Source of the DNA: a virus
Lineage: Duplodnaviria; Caudoviricetes
Length of the DNA stretch: 63,881 bases
Virus record (IMG/VR): IMGVR_UViG_3300028768_000001
Span: 1 to 63,881 of that record
Strand: one strand, 5' to 3'
The position numbers were made by a program, and so were the translations under genes. Below are positions 8,121-15,264 of this stretch, in pieces; position 1 is the first letter of the stretch; every line of letters begins with the position of its first letter. The notes beneath the pieces are model-generated. The model saw nothing but the letters and a program-made list of their open reading frames with translations, had not been told where the DNA came from and made no database searches.

Positions 8121-9392
8121 TCATTGTCCGACTCCCGCCTCGGCCGCCAGCCACTCGGTAAGCCAGCGCTTGAGCGCCGAGACACTGCCGCCGAGCCGTT
8201 GGTACGGCACTTTCAAACGGCGCGCATTGTTATCCACGTCGTGGCCGCAATGGTCGACCATCGCGATAACGAGATCGCTGGTCGCACTCTTGGTCAGCAT
8301 GCCCACGCCGCCATGACCGCCGCCGCCTTCCATCTGTGACTTGACGAACACGAAGTCGACCGTACCCAAAAATGCCTGCTTCACGTCCTCGGCCTGCTGG
8401 TTCAGGAGTCCGACTACGGTGACGCGCGGTAGCCGATCCTTGGGCGGCGCAGGCGGCTTGTCTTCGAGCGGCGCGAAGGCCGGTAGCGACGCCTTATTAG
8501 CCGTGCTTAGCTGCGTGGCGAGCGCATTCGAGAAGGCCGACGAAAAGGCGTCCATCATGACATTGGCCAGTCGATTGGCGAAGAGCTGCACTACGCCATC
8601 CAAACTGACGTTGTGCGTTTGATGCTCATGCTCGGCCAAGTAGGTGTCGACGCGGCGTTGCACTTCGGATTCGATGCGCGCTTCCTCACCGCGGCGCCTT
8701 GCGGCTTGCGCCTCCCGTTCTTGCGTCTGGCGCTCCTGCTCGCGCCGCGCTTCGACCTGCTTAGCCTGTGCCTCATGCGCGCATTGCTCAAGCATGGGAT
8801 CGAGCCACGCGCTGACTTGGCTCCACGCCTTTAGCTCCCGGTGTCGGCTCGCCGGCAATTCACTCTCGATCGCCTTGCGCAAGGCGTCCAAGCGCGACAT
8901 GTCCTCGAACGCGTGCGTCAAGTGGGACACGCGCGCCGCGAGCTGGCATTGCTCCGCCCCGGTCCAGTGCACCAGGGTGCGAGGTGCCGACGTATTACTC
9001 GGTACGGACTTGGCCGCGGCATCGGGCACTACGGTCAGACTTGCGTGGGGGCTTGCGTGCGAGCTTGCAAGCGGCGCATCCGACGGCCTCGTTGGCGCGG
9101 CGGACTCAAGACTGAGCTTGGCCCACATCTCCGGTATCCAAGGGCGAAACTTGGCGAAGGCGGTCTTGGCTAAGTCGCGGCGCCGCTTCGGTAGTAAGAC
9201 GTTCTTTTGTGCCTGCTCGATCGCAGCCATGTTCGACAGGGACTTGTCCGCTTGAAGTAGGCGGTACGATTCGACGGCCACTTTACGTTGCTCGTCGCCA
9301 TTCCAAGTGATTCGGGTTGAAGGCATATCGGGGTCGGCGGTGGCGTGGGAATGGTCGGCACGTTGGCGCGCCATTTGATAGGGATGGGTCAT
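8121..9392 (-). CDS. multidomain hypothetical protein (two internal W...E repeats, coiled coil, DUF2325-like C-terminus)
   Basis: AGAAAGGAG RBS; C-terminal VVG...SDLVIAMVD..GH...A...VP pattern. Confidence 0.7.
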   Translation of the reverse strand: MTHPYQMARQRADHSHATADPDMPSTRITWNGDEQRKVAVESYRLLQADKSLSNMAAIEQAQKNVLLPKRRRDLAKTAFAKFRPWIPEMWAKLSLESAAPTRPSDAPLASSHASPHASLTVVPDAAAKSVPSNTSAPRTLVHWTGAEQCQLAARVSHLTHAFEDMSRLDALRKAIESELPASRHRELKAWSQVSAWLDPMLEQCAHEAQAKQVEARREQERQTQEREAQAARRRGEEARIESEVQRRVDTYLAEHEHQTHNVSLDGVVQLFANRLANVMMDAFSSAFSNALATQLSTANKASLPAFAPLEDKPPAPPKDRLPRVTVVGLLNQQAEDVKQAFLGTVDFVFVKSQMEGGGGHGGVGMLTKSATSDLVIAMVDHCGHDVDNNARRLKVPYQRLGGSVSALKRWLTEWLAAEAGVGQ

Positions 9393-9460
9393 GCGGATTG
9401 ACTCCTTTCTAGTGAGTGCCTGCTCTCTCAGGCGCGAGAAGTTTATCAGGACGCGTCGCC

Positions 9461-9745
9461 TTAAGGCGTCGGGACTTCCCCCGACAGATCGACTAGCCAC
9501 GACGCCGGCAAGGGGCGATCAGGCCGCAAGGCGTGCAAGTGACCATAGCGACGCACCACCGTGAAGTGCACACCGCCAAAGTCAAAACCTTGCGTACCGT
9601 ACGGCGTGGTGGGCAAGGTGTACGGCACCGCGAGCCGGAACTTCGTGCCCTCGATAGGCAGCAGCTCGCGCGGATCACAATGCGTGTTGGTGGTCAGGCG
9701 AATACGATGTCCGTCAACTTTATTACGTGCGAATAGCGTGCTCAT
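9461..9745 (-). CDS. hypothetical protein
   Basis: ATGA overlap with the upstream gene. Confidence 0.6.
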   Translation of the reverse strand: MSTLFARNKVDGHRIRLTTNTHCDPRELLPIEGTKFRLAVPYTLPTTPYGTQGFDFGGVHFTVVRRYGHLHALRPDRPLPASWLVDLSGEVPTP

Positions 9746-10203
9746 GACGGCTCTCCCCGCTGCGGGTAGTAATCCTTCGCCAGCGACGCGCTGCCGAACT
9801 CCACATACGGCACCTGAATCATTTCGTAGACCGTCTTACCGAACGCATCGTGCAGCCCCACACCGTGCCCCATCGCCTGCATCGCGCAGTAGTGGCCGAA
9901 GTTCTCCGGTGTCAGCGGCCGATCGCCTTTACCCTCGACGCGACTAGCCAGTGCGTTCTGAAAAAGATATTCCAGCCCGAGCCCACACCTGAATTCATCG
10001 GGGACTGGATTGGCCCGCACCATTTCAAAGTGCAGTGTCTTTGCAGCGTGCCGTGCCGCCGAGTCGATCTCGGTGGGCATCTCGTCCATGATCTCCTTGC
10101 CCGAAAGGTTCGGCCCTTCGTCCGAGTTGTCCACCTGATCGGCCCACGCCGATGCAAAGAACGCACGCGCCATGTGCAGCTCAATCTCTTCCGAGATAGT
10201 CAT
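9742..10203 (-). CDS. conserved phage hypothetical protein (GH...GHG.G..D motif)
   Basis: FGHYCAMQAMGHGVGLHD; AGGAG RBS. Confidence 0.75.
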   Translation of the reverse strand: MTISEEIELHMARAFFASAWADQVDNSDEGPNLSGKEIMDEMPTEIDSAARHAAKTLHFEMVRANPVPDEFRCGLGLEYLFQNALASRVEGKGDRPLTPENFGHYCAMQAMGHGVGLHDAFGKTVYEMIQVPYVEFGSASLAKDYYPQRGEPS

Positions 10204-10209
10204 GATTTA

Positions 10210-10255
10210 CTCCTAGCAAGTTAGGACAGAAGCGCGACATCGCGGCTTCGTCCGG
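10210..10255. repeat. early-region hairpin element copy C + RBS hairpin
   Basis: CTCCTAGCAAGTTAGGAC-AGAAGCGCG-ACAT-CGCGGCTTC-GTCCGG. Confidence 0.8.
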
Positions 10256-10260
10256 TGGGG

Positions 10261-10458
10261 TTACGTCAGGCTCAGCGCGCCTTGCTCGATGCACGCCGCA
10301 CGCTTGAGGTCGGCTTGCGCGTGATCACGCAGCTCCTGGGCTGTGGCAAGCAAGGCTTTGGCGCCCATCTCAGGCACCATCACGTGCAGATCGCACTGCG
10401 CGTCTTTCAGGCATGCATACAGCGTGTAGGCGTTCAGCCGTAGATAAGTGACTCGCAT
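10261..10458 (-). CDS. hypothetical protein
   Basis: AGGAG RBS before ATG 10458. Confidence 0.6.
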   Translation of the reverse strand: MRVTYLRLNAYTLYACLKDAQCDLHVMVPEMGAKALLATAQELRDHAQADLKRAACIEQGALSLT

Positions 10459-10468
10459 GATGGCGCTC

Positions 10469-10684
10469 CTACTTGAAGTCCGCGAAACGGTGGGCGCAGC
10501 GGTAATGCGCTGACTCGCGCGTAAGTTCATCGCACGTGCATCCATAGGTCTTCGCGTAGGCATCCAGCAGTTCGTCGAGCTGCGCGGCCGTACGCAAGTC
10601 GCTGTCGGCATCGAGTCGTTCGATAGCCAGCTTGGCAAATAGCGGCAGGTATTGGTACGGCTCATAATTTTGTTCGAATAACAT
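10469..10684 (-). CDS. hypothetical protein
   Basis: TAGGAG RBS. Confidence 0.7.
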   Translation of the reverse strand: MLFEQNYEPYQYLPLFAKLAIERLDADSDLRTAAQLDELLDAYAKTYGCTCDELTRESAHYRCAHRFADFK

Positions 10685-10693
10685 GATCGTCTC

Positions 10694-10858
10694 CTACGCC
10701 ACATCGTCGGACCGGTACGGCTCGATTTCGGCGCCGCACGTCGGGCAGTGATCGTTGCACATGCAACTCCACACCATGGCCCAGCGCACGCCGCAGTGCC
10801 GGTAGTGGTTGAGAAACTGCGGCGCGTCGTCGGGCGTCTCGGCAATTAAGATTCGCAT
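10694..10858 (-). CDS. 54-aa Cys/His-rich zinc-ribbon-like protein (not in ORF track)
   Basis: Manual translation MRILIAETPDDAPQFLNHYRHCGVRWAMVWSCMCNDHCPTCGAEIEPYRSDDVA*; TAGGAG RBS. Confidence 0.75.
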   Translation of the reverse strand: MRILIAETPDDAPQFLNHYRHCGVRWAMVWSCMCNDHCPTCGAEIEPYRSDDVA

Positions 10859-10867
10859 GATCGTCTC

Positions 10868-11146
10868 CTACCAATCGAACTTCGGTAAGCCATCGACTTC
10901 ATCGCCATCCGCATCGATGCGAACCCAGTCATGCTTTCGCCTGAGTGCCCAACACCGTAACGCAGCGATGTCAGGCAGCAGCTTAGCCATGTCATCGATT
11001 GGCTCGAAGTTGAAGCGCACGAAAAAGCCGTGGCTATAACTGGCACTTTCCATCACGCCCGCTATTGCCGCACGGTTCTCCAGCGCGACGCACGTGGCCC
11101 GCGAAATGTGCGCGGTGGTCACGACGGGTAGCGTTATTGTCCACAT
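10868..11146 (-). CDS. hypothetical protein
   Basis: TAHI... and W.RID.DG....LP.FDW pattern; AAGGAG RBS. Confidence 0.7.
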   Translation of the reverse strand: MWTITLPVVTTAHISRATCVALENRAAIAGVMESASYSHGFFVRFNFEPIDDMAKLLPDIAALRCWALRRKHDWVRIDADGDEVDGLPKFDW

Positions 11147-11156
11147 GGTCGTCTCC

Positions 11157-11420
11157 TTAGCTATGAAAGCCAAAATGGCCTTCGTGCCAGACTGCGCCGA
11201 TCACATAGCCCAGCTTGCCGTCGGCTTTCCAATAGGTCGCGGTGATTTCGAGCTCCTTCGGGTTGGCATACAACGTCACCTTGGGATAGGCATCGCCCGC
11301 GATGGCCCACGTCGACAAGTAGCCGACGGCCTGGGTGAACTCGGCGTAGCCGACTTGCTCCTTGATCGCATCGAAGCCGCTCGCCTCATACGCATTGAAT
11401 CGCACTTCTCTCATTTCCAT
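11157..11420 (-). CDS. hypothetical protein
   Basis: AGGAG RBS inside the hairpin element. Confidence 0.75.
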   Translation of the reverse strand: MEMREVRFNAYEASGFDAIKEQVGYAEFTQAVGYLSTWAIAGDAYPKVTLYANPKELEITATYWKADGKLGYVIGAVWHEGHFGFHS

Positions 11421-11421
11421 T

Positions 11422-11467
11422 CTCCTAACTCGTTAGGACAAAGCCGCGAGCCCGCGGCTTTGTCCGG
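11422..11467. repeat. early-region hairpin element copy D (perfect 13-bp stem) + RBS hairpin
   Basis: CTCCTAACTCGTTAGGAC-AAAGCCGCG-AGCC-CGCGGCTTT-GTCCGG. Confidence 0.85.
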
Positions 11468-11481
11468 GATTGCCTCATTAT

Positions 11482-11691
11482 TTAGTCCACGGCACGGTGC
11501 GTGACCTGCGTGCCGGCACCGGTTGGCTTGCCCTGCGCGTCGACGGGTACGTCTTTCTCGCACAGATACACGTCTACCTGCGATTGCTTTTTTATCTTGA
11601 ACTGCGCGGCGGCTTTCGTCTGCGCTTCAAGCGAGGTATGGGCATACACCTCAATACTTTTGCCTTTGTAAAATGCCTTGTAACCGTTCAT
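11482..11691 (-). CDS. small basic phage hypothetical protein
   Basis: MNGYKAFYKGK..EVYA.T...AQ..AA; AGGAG RBS. Confidence 0.75.
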   Translation of the reverse strand: MNGYKAFYKGKSIEVYAHTSLEAQTKAAAQFKIKKQSQVDVYLCEKDVPVDAQGKPTGAGTQVTHRAVD

Positions 11692-11763
11692 CCCTGCTCT
11701 CCTAACTCGTTTCACTACCTTGCAACGAATACGGCCAGGGCAAACACCCTGGCCGCGAATTGC

Positions 11764-12081
11764 TTACTGGTCCTCTTCTACATCCAGGCTGTTGTACGCC
11801 ACCCCATCGGCGACGATCGCTGCGTGCCCGTCCATCGGTTTAAGTGCCGAGGTGAGCGTGCGCTCGGCTGCCACGCACCAGCCGGTTTGGTGCTGCGCGG
11901 CGCACGCGGCAGGCCCATCGGCCAAGCGGATGCGCAAGCCGCCGGCACCCATGCGAATCGACTGCACATCTTGCACGACGACGCGTCGCGCCGCGGCTTT
12001 TGTCACCTCCTGATCGAATTGATCGTCACTGCGATACGGTTGCGATGGATACATGAAGCCATCGCGCAATATCATGCGCAT
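11764..12081 (-). CDS. hypothetical protein
   Basis: TAAGGAGG RBS before ATG 12081. Confidence 0.7.
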   Translation of the reverse strand: MRMILRDGFMYPSQPYRSDDQFDQEVTKAAARRVVVQDVQSIRMGAGGLRIRLADGPAACAAQHQTGWCVAAERTLTSALKPMDGHAAIVADGVAYNSLDVEEDQ

Positions 12082-12280
12082 TGTTACCCTCCTTAGAGGA
12101 TGCACTGGGATAGGGAAGCAGCCGGCCTTTAACGCATGTCTCGATAGTGCTGGGTTGCCGTTACCTTGCGGCACGGCTGCCGATGGGGTTGGACATAACC
12201 GTGATGCTTCGCGGTTATGTCCGATAAGACGCCTTGCACGTCTGTGGGTCGTCGGGATATCGGCGAGGCGCAGTCCGTTC
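12082..12280 (-). ncRNA. candidate structured ~200-nt 5' leader / cis-regulatory RNA
   Basis: Several stems with GCAA loops, hairpin element copy E (12191-12222), alternative pairings, and an SD-sequestering CCTC/GAGG stem. Confidence 0.4.
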
Positions 12281-12284
12281 AATC

Positions 12285-12313
12285 ATTTTGCGAAAACATC
12301 GGAATACTTGCAA
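12285..12313 (-). promoter_or_regulatory. sigma70-like early promoter
   Basis: TTGCAA-N17-CAAAAT. The spacer begins GTATTC, as in the promoter at 6144-6172. Confidence 0.5.
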
Positions 12314-12368
12314 GCAAAGAATGCAATGTTTTTGTCGGCGCTTTATGGCACGGGCCGCGGCGCCGGGT

Positions 12369-12560
12369 TTAGATATCGCTAGGCGTTTTTTTCGTCACCC
12401 ACTGTAAAAAAGCCGCCAGTTTTACGCGCGCCGCTTCACGCTCGCGTTCGACTTGCATGGCCCGACGCGCATAACTTGCCGCACGTCGCATTTTCTCCCT
12501 ATTAGGATCCGGCGCGATAGGCGGGTCAGTCCGCTCATATACCGTGAATTTGGGTTTCAT
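12369..12560 (-). CDS. small basic hypothetical protein
   Basis: AAGGAG RBS. Confidence 0.6.
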   Translation of the reverse strand: MKPKFTVYERTDPPIAPDPNREKMRRAASYARRAMQVEREREAARVKLAAFLQWVTKKTPSDI

Positions 12561-12626
12561 ATTGCATTCTCCTTGCCGCGCATACCGATTAGCTTACGCA
12601 TGCCGGCGCCCATTTTCCCAGGGTAT

Positions 12627-13139
12627 TTATGACTGCGCCTGCCCGTGCGCGTTCCATTTTTGCCACCATTGCCGTAACGCCTGTGCATCGTGATAGGCGT
12701 GATAAGTGACCGCTTGGCGATGCCGACGCAGCCATGCGTGCGCTCCCGCTACGGACTGATCATTCACGCGCACGATGCCGACTTGCATCAACTGTTGCAC
12801 GCAGTCAAGTAGCGGCGCGGGCTGCCGATTACCGCGCAGGCGCGGCGCCTCAACCCAACGCGGCACGAGCAAGGCCGCACCATCACGGGTCGCGAGCGCA
12901 AAGCCTGCGGTGCCCTGTGCGTCGGCGTGGTACCACGTCCCGATATGAATGGCCGGGGCGGAACAACCCAGGCAGCGGCGCACACGTGCGCGCAACAAAT
13001 TGTCGCTACGCACCCGGCGCCCACCTCCGCATTCACACATGCAATGCCAATGCGCGTTGCCATGACTATCGTTTGTTGCACGCGCAACCACGGTTAGTTT
13101 GCCGAAGCGTCGGCCAATCAGATCGCGAAAAATCGCCAT
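12627..13139 (-). CDS. zinc-binding putative DNA-binding protein (DL.G.RFG.LTV...W.C.C.CG...C.GC module)
   Basis: N-terminal module typical of phage HNH/AP2-associated proteins; no clear HNH motif in the C-terminus; GGAG RBS. Confidence 0.65.
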   Translation of the reverse strand: MAIFRDLIGRRFGKLTVVARATNDSHGNAHWHCMCECGGGRRVRSDNLLRARVRRCLGCSAPAIHIGTWYHADAQGTAGFALATRDGAALLVPRWVEAPRLRGNRQPAPLLDCVQQLMQVGIVRVNDQSVAGAHAWLRRHRQAVTYHAYHDAQALRQWWQKWNAHGQAQS

Positions 13140-13170
13140 ACCGGCTCCATAGTGACAGCGGAATAACAGG

Positions 13171-13220
13171 GACTCACTACACGTCATAGCGGAATAAACC
13201 ATGATGACGTGTAGTGAGTC
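13171..13220. repeat. 50-bp hairpin, copy 1 (17-bp perfect inverted repeat, 16-nt spacer)
   Basis: GACTCACTACACGTCAT-AGCGGAATAAACCATG-ATGACGTGTAGTGAGTC. Confidence 0.95.
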
Positions 13221-13281
13221 AACGATTAGTGGCCCGTGCCCCCGCGCAACAAAGTGCGGTTAGTTGCATCGAATCCGTCCT

Positions 13282-13330
13282 GACTCACTACACGTCATAG
13301 CGGAATAAACCATGATGACGTGTAGTGAGT
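13282..13330. repeat. 50-bp hairpin, copy 2
   Basis: 49 bp identical to copy 1, offset 111 bp. Confidence 0.95.
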
Positions 13331-13888
13331 GACCCAAAAAAGCAAGACACTAAGCGTTACAAAGCAGCTTATTATGTAACGGCTTACCCGTGCGGGGCTT
13401 ACGGCATATGGTTCTAACAACCAAAAAGCAGAAAAGCAGCGCTGGGAGAGGAGGGTCCCTTACGTTTTCGATAGTTACACGTTTTACGGGCCGATTTTTA
13501 CAAGGATGGATAGTTACACGCCAACATAGTTACCTGTAACTATCGGCTCCACACGAGACACCCCTCTCTAAAATTACTGCTTATTAATCTTTTTTACAGA
13601 AAATAATTAACTAAGCGCCGCTCAGCCTTGTGTGGCCACGAGCGGCCCCGAACATAGTGTCACCAAGCGCGCCGAAAAAGTGTAACCGCCTGCCCTGCAA
13701 CATGCCGGCAAGCCTTGTGGCGTAAGGCGCACGCCGAGTAGGCTAAGTTTGTTACCGAAAAATGCCCCTGTTAGAACGTTGGGAACGCCGGACCAAGCCG
13801 CGACGGCGCGTTTTTGTCCGCTTAGTGGCCCGCTTAGTGGCGGGGGATCGTTACACGGGATTGCGTTCCGTGCGTGCCGTGCCGCCGG

Positions 13889-14014
13889 TCACGGCGTGAG
13901 CGCGCGCAGCGTGGCGGCAAGGCCGGTTTGCAGTAGATAGGCGCCGCTGAAGGCCAGCCATAGGCCGGCGAGCGCACAGGTACTAGCGAAACCGAGTCGA
14001 ATCAGTGCGAACAT
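13889..14014 (-). CDS. 41-aa membrane peptide
   Basis: MFALIRLGFASTCALAGLWLAFSGAYLL..., hydrophobic; weak GGGGG RBS. Confidence 0.4.
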   Translation of the reverse strand: MFALIRLGFASTCALAGLWLAFSGAYLLQTGLAATLRALTP

Positions 14015-14037
14015 GAGAACCCCCAAGATGTGATGCG

Positions 14038-14059
14038 AAAAGCCCGGGCGAACCCGGGC
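14038..14059 (-). terminator. rho-independent terminator
   Basis: GCCCGGG-TTCG-CCCGGGC-TTTT on the minus strand, downstream of 14091-14807. Confidence 0.65.
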
Positions 14060-14090
14060 GAATGGTTTGCAACGTGCAACGTGCGGGTCG

Positions 14091-14807
14091 TTAAGCGGCT
14101 TTGCGTGCGCTTTGCCTAGCCGCAGCGGCGGTGGCATCGTTGCGCTGGCCGGTCACGCGTAGCTGATTGGCGACGGCGTTTAGCGTCAAGCCTTGCGTTT
14201 CGGTCGACTTGTCGGCCGCGACGATGCGCGCGATGGCTTCGAGCGTTTCAAAAAGGCCGAACGTGGCGAGCAATTGCTCGATATTCTCGGGTCGCTTGAC
14301 GGCATGTTCTTGCGGCACATGGGCCGGCGCGCCGGCATCGGCTTTGACCCGCTTGCCTTTCACTTTGACGCCCGCCGCATGTCCGAGCGCTTCGGCCACA
14401 TAGTCGGGTTGGTCCGCCGCCAGCGCGTCGGCATAGGCTTTGGCATAGGCTTTAGTCGCGTCGGGGCTAATTGCCGCAATCCGCTCGGCGCGCTTGCGCT
14501 TCGCTTCTATTGACATATTTACGGGGGTGGCGCCATACAGCGTGCGCACCGCGATTGTGTATTCCATCAAGTGATAATCGGTAAAGTCGGATAGGCCTTT
14601 ATCTTTCGCTAATTGCGTGAGCGCGGCGCGATCATTGCGCCACGTGTCATCGGTCGGCATCGCTTTGGAGCGGCTTGTCAGCAACGTGGTTAAGGCCGTG
14701 CGCATCGATACGCGGGCATGGCGGCCGCTTTCCAGCTTGGCCATGAAGTCGTTATGAAAGGCTGCAATGATCGGTGCGGGTTTAACCGAAGTAATGGTAA
14801 GACTCAT
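14091..14807 (-). CDS. hypothetical protein, first gene of the early block
   Basis: 238 aa, AGGAG RBS, with its own promoter and terminator. Confidence 0.8.
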   Translation of the reverse strand: MSLTITSVKPAPIIAAFHNDFMAKLESGRHARVSMRTALTTLLTSRSKAMPTDDTWRNDRAALTQLAKDKGLSDFTDYHLMEYTIAVRTLYGATPVNMSIEAKRKRAERIAAISPDATKAYAKAYADALAADQPDYVAEALGHAAGVKVKGKRVKADAGAPAHVPQEHAVKRPENIEQLLATFGLFETLEAIARIVAADKSTETQGLTLNAVANQLRVTGQRNDATAAAARQSARKAA

Positions 14808-14875
14808 GATATGCGCTCCTAAAGGGTTTAGCTTCTCTTAACCGGTTGACCAATGCGAGTGGCATTGGAGTCTTT

Positions 14876-14904
14876 ATCATGCGCGTGGTGATGGAATAAA
14901 GCAA
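14876..14904 (-). promoter_or_regulatory. sigma70-like early promoter
   Basis: TTGCTT-N17-CATGAT. Confidence 0.5.
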
Positions 14905-14910
14905 ATCGCG

Positions 14911-14957
14911 ATTAGGCCCGGACAAAGCCGTGCGAGCGCGGTTATGGCCGGGTTAAT
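14911..14957. repeat. hairpin element copy F (degenerate)
   Basis: CCGGAC-AAAGCCGTGC-GA-GCGCGGTTAT-GGCCGG. Confidence 0.6.
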
Positions 14958-15094
14958 ACGGATTAACGTGAATTGAGCTGCTATATACGGGTAAGTAATT
15001 CTTTTATGGGGCCGAGGGGGCCGAGGGGGGGAGCGAGGAGGGTCCACAACTAAACTTTCTATGCAACCTCCCACAGGATTTCCCGTTTTTCCGC

Positions 15095-15112
15095 TTAGTT
15101 ACATGTAACTAA
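15095..15112. promoter_or_regulatory. perfect 18-bp palindrome TTAGTTACATGTAACTAA
   Basis: Lies in the divergent intergenic region; a related palindrome is at 13526-13543. Confidence 0.65.
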
Positions 15113-15202
15113 AAGGCGTTTTCCCGTAACTAAGCGCCCTTCAAAATTTTTTATGGGTGCTTTCCCCTTTTAGTTACATGCGAATTCCGGCGGTATTACC
15201 GA

Positions 15203-15236
15203 TTCATTAGCACTCCTAACTAATTTCTGCTATAAG
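15203..15236 (+). promoter_or_regulatory. late promoter candidate with an operator-like palindrome over its -35 region
   Basis: TTCATTAGCA-C-TCCTAACTAA followed by extended -10 TG-C-TATAAG at 15228-15236. Confidence 0.45.
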
Positions 15237-15264
15237 GCGATTAATTGCCTCTTCGCTTGATCCG

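Noticed and set aside
5034-11467. Integron attC sites (TAAC...GTTAGG resembles RYYYAAC/GTTRRRY)
   Set aside because: The two boxes are only 2 bp apart and lie outside the main hairpin. There are no L boxes or extrahelical bases, and the integrase is a phage arm-binding type, not IntI.
5048-12222. Hairpin elements as rho-independent terminators
   Set aside because: No U-tract follows the stems on either strand, and they sit inside apparent operons.
13171-13330. Mini-CRISPR array or protelomerase site
   Set aside because: Only two 50-bp repeats with a 61-bp spacer, and no cas operon (the Cas4-like gene is in a replication context). The inverted repeat has a 16-nt spacer and no protelomerase gene is present.
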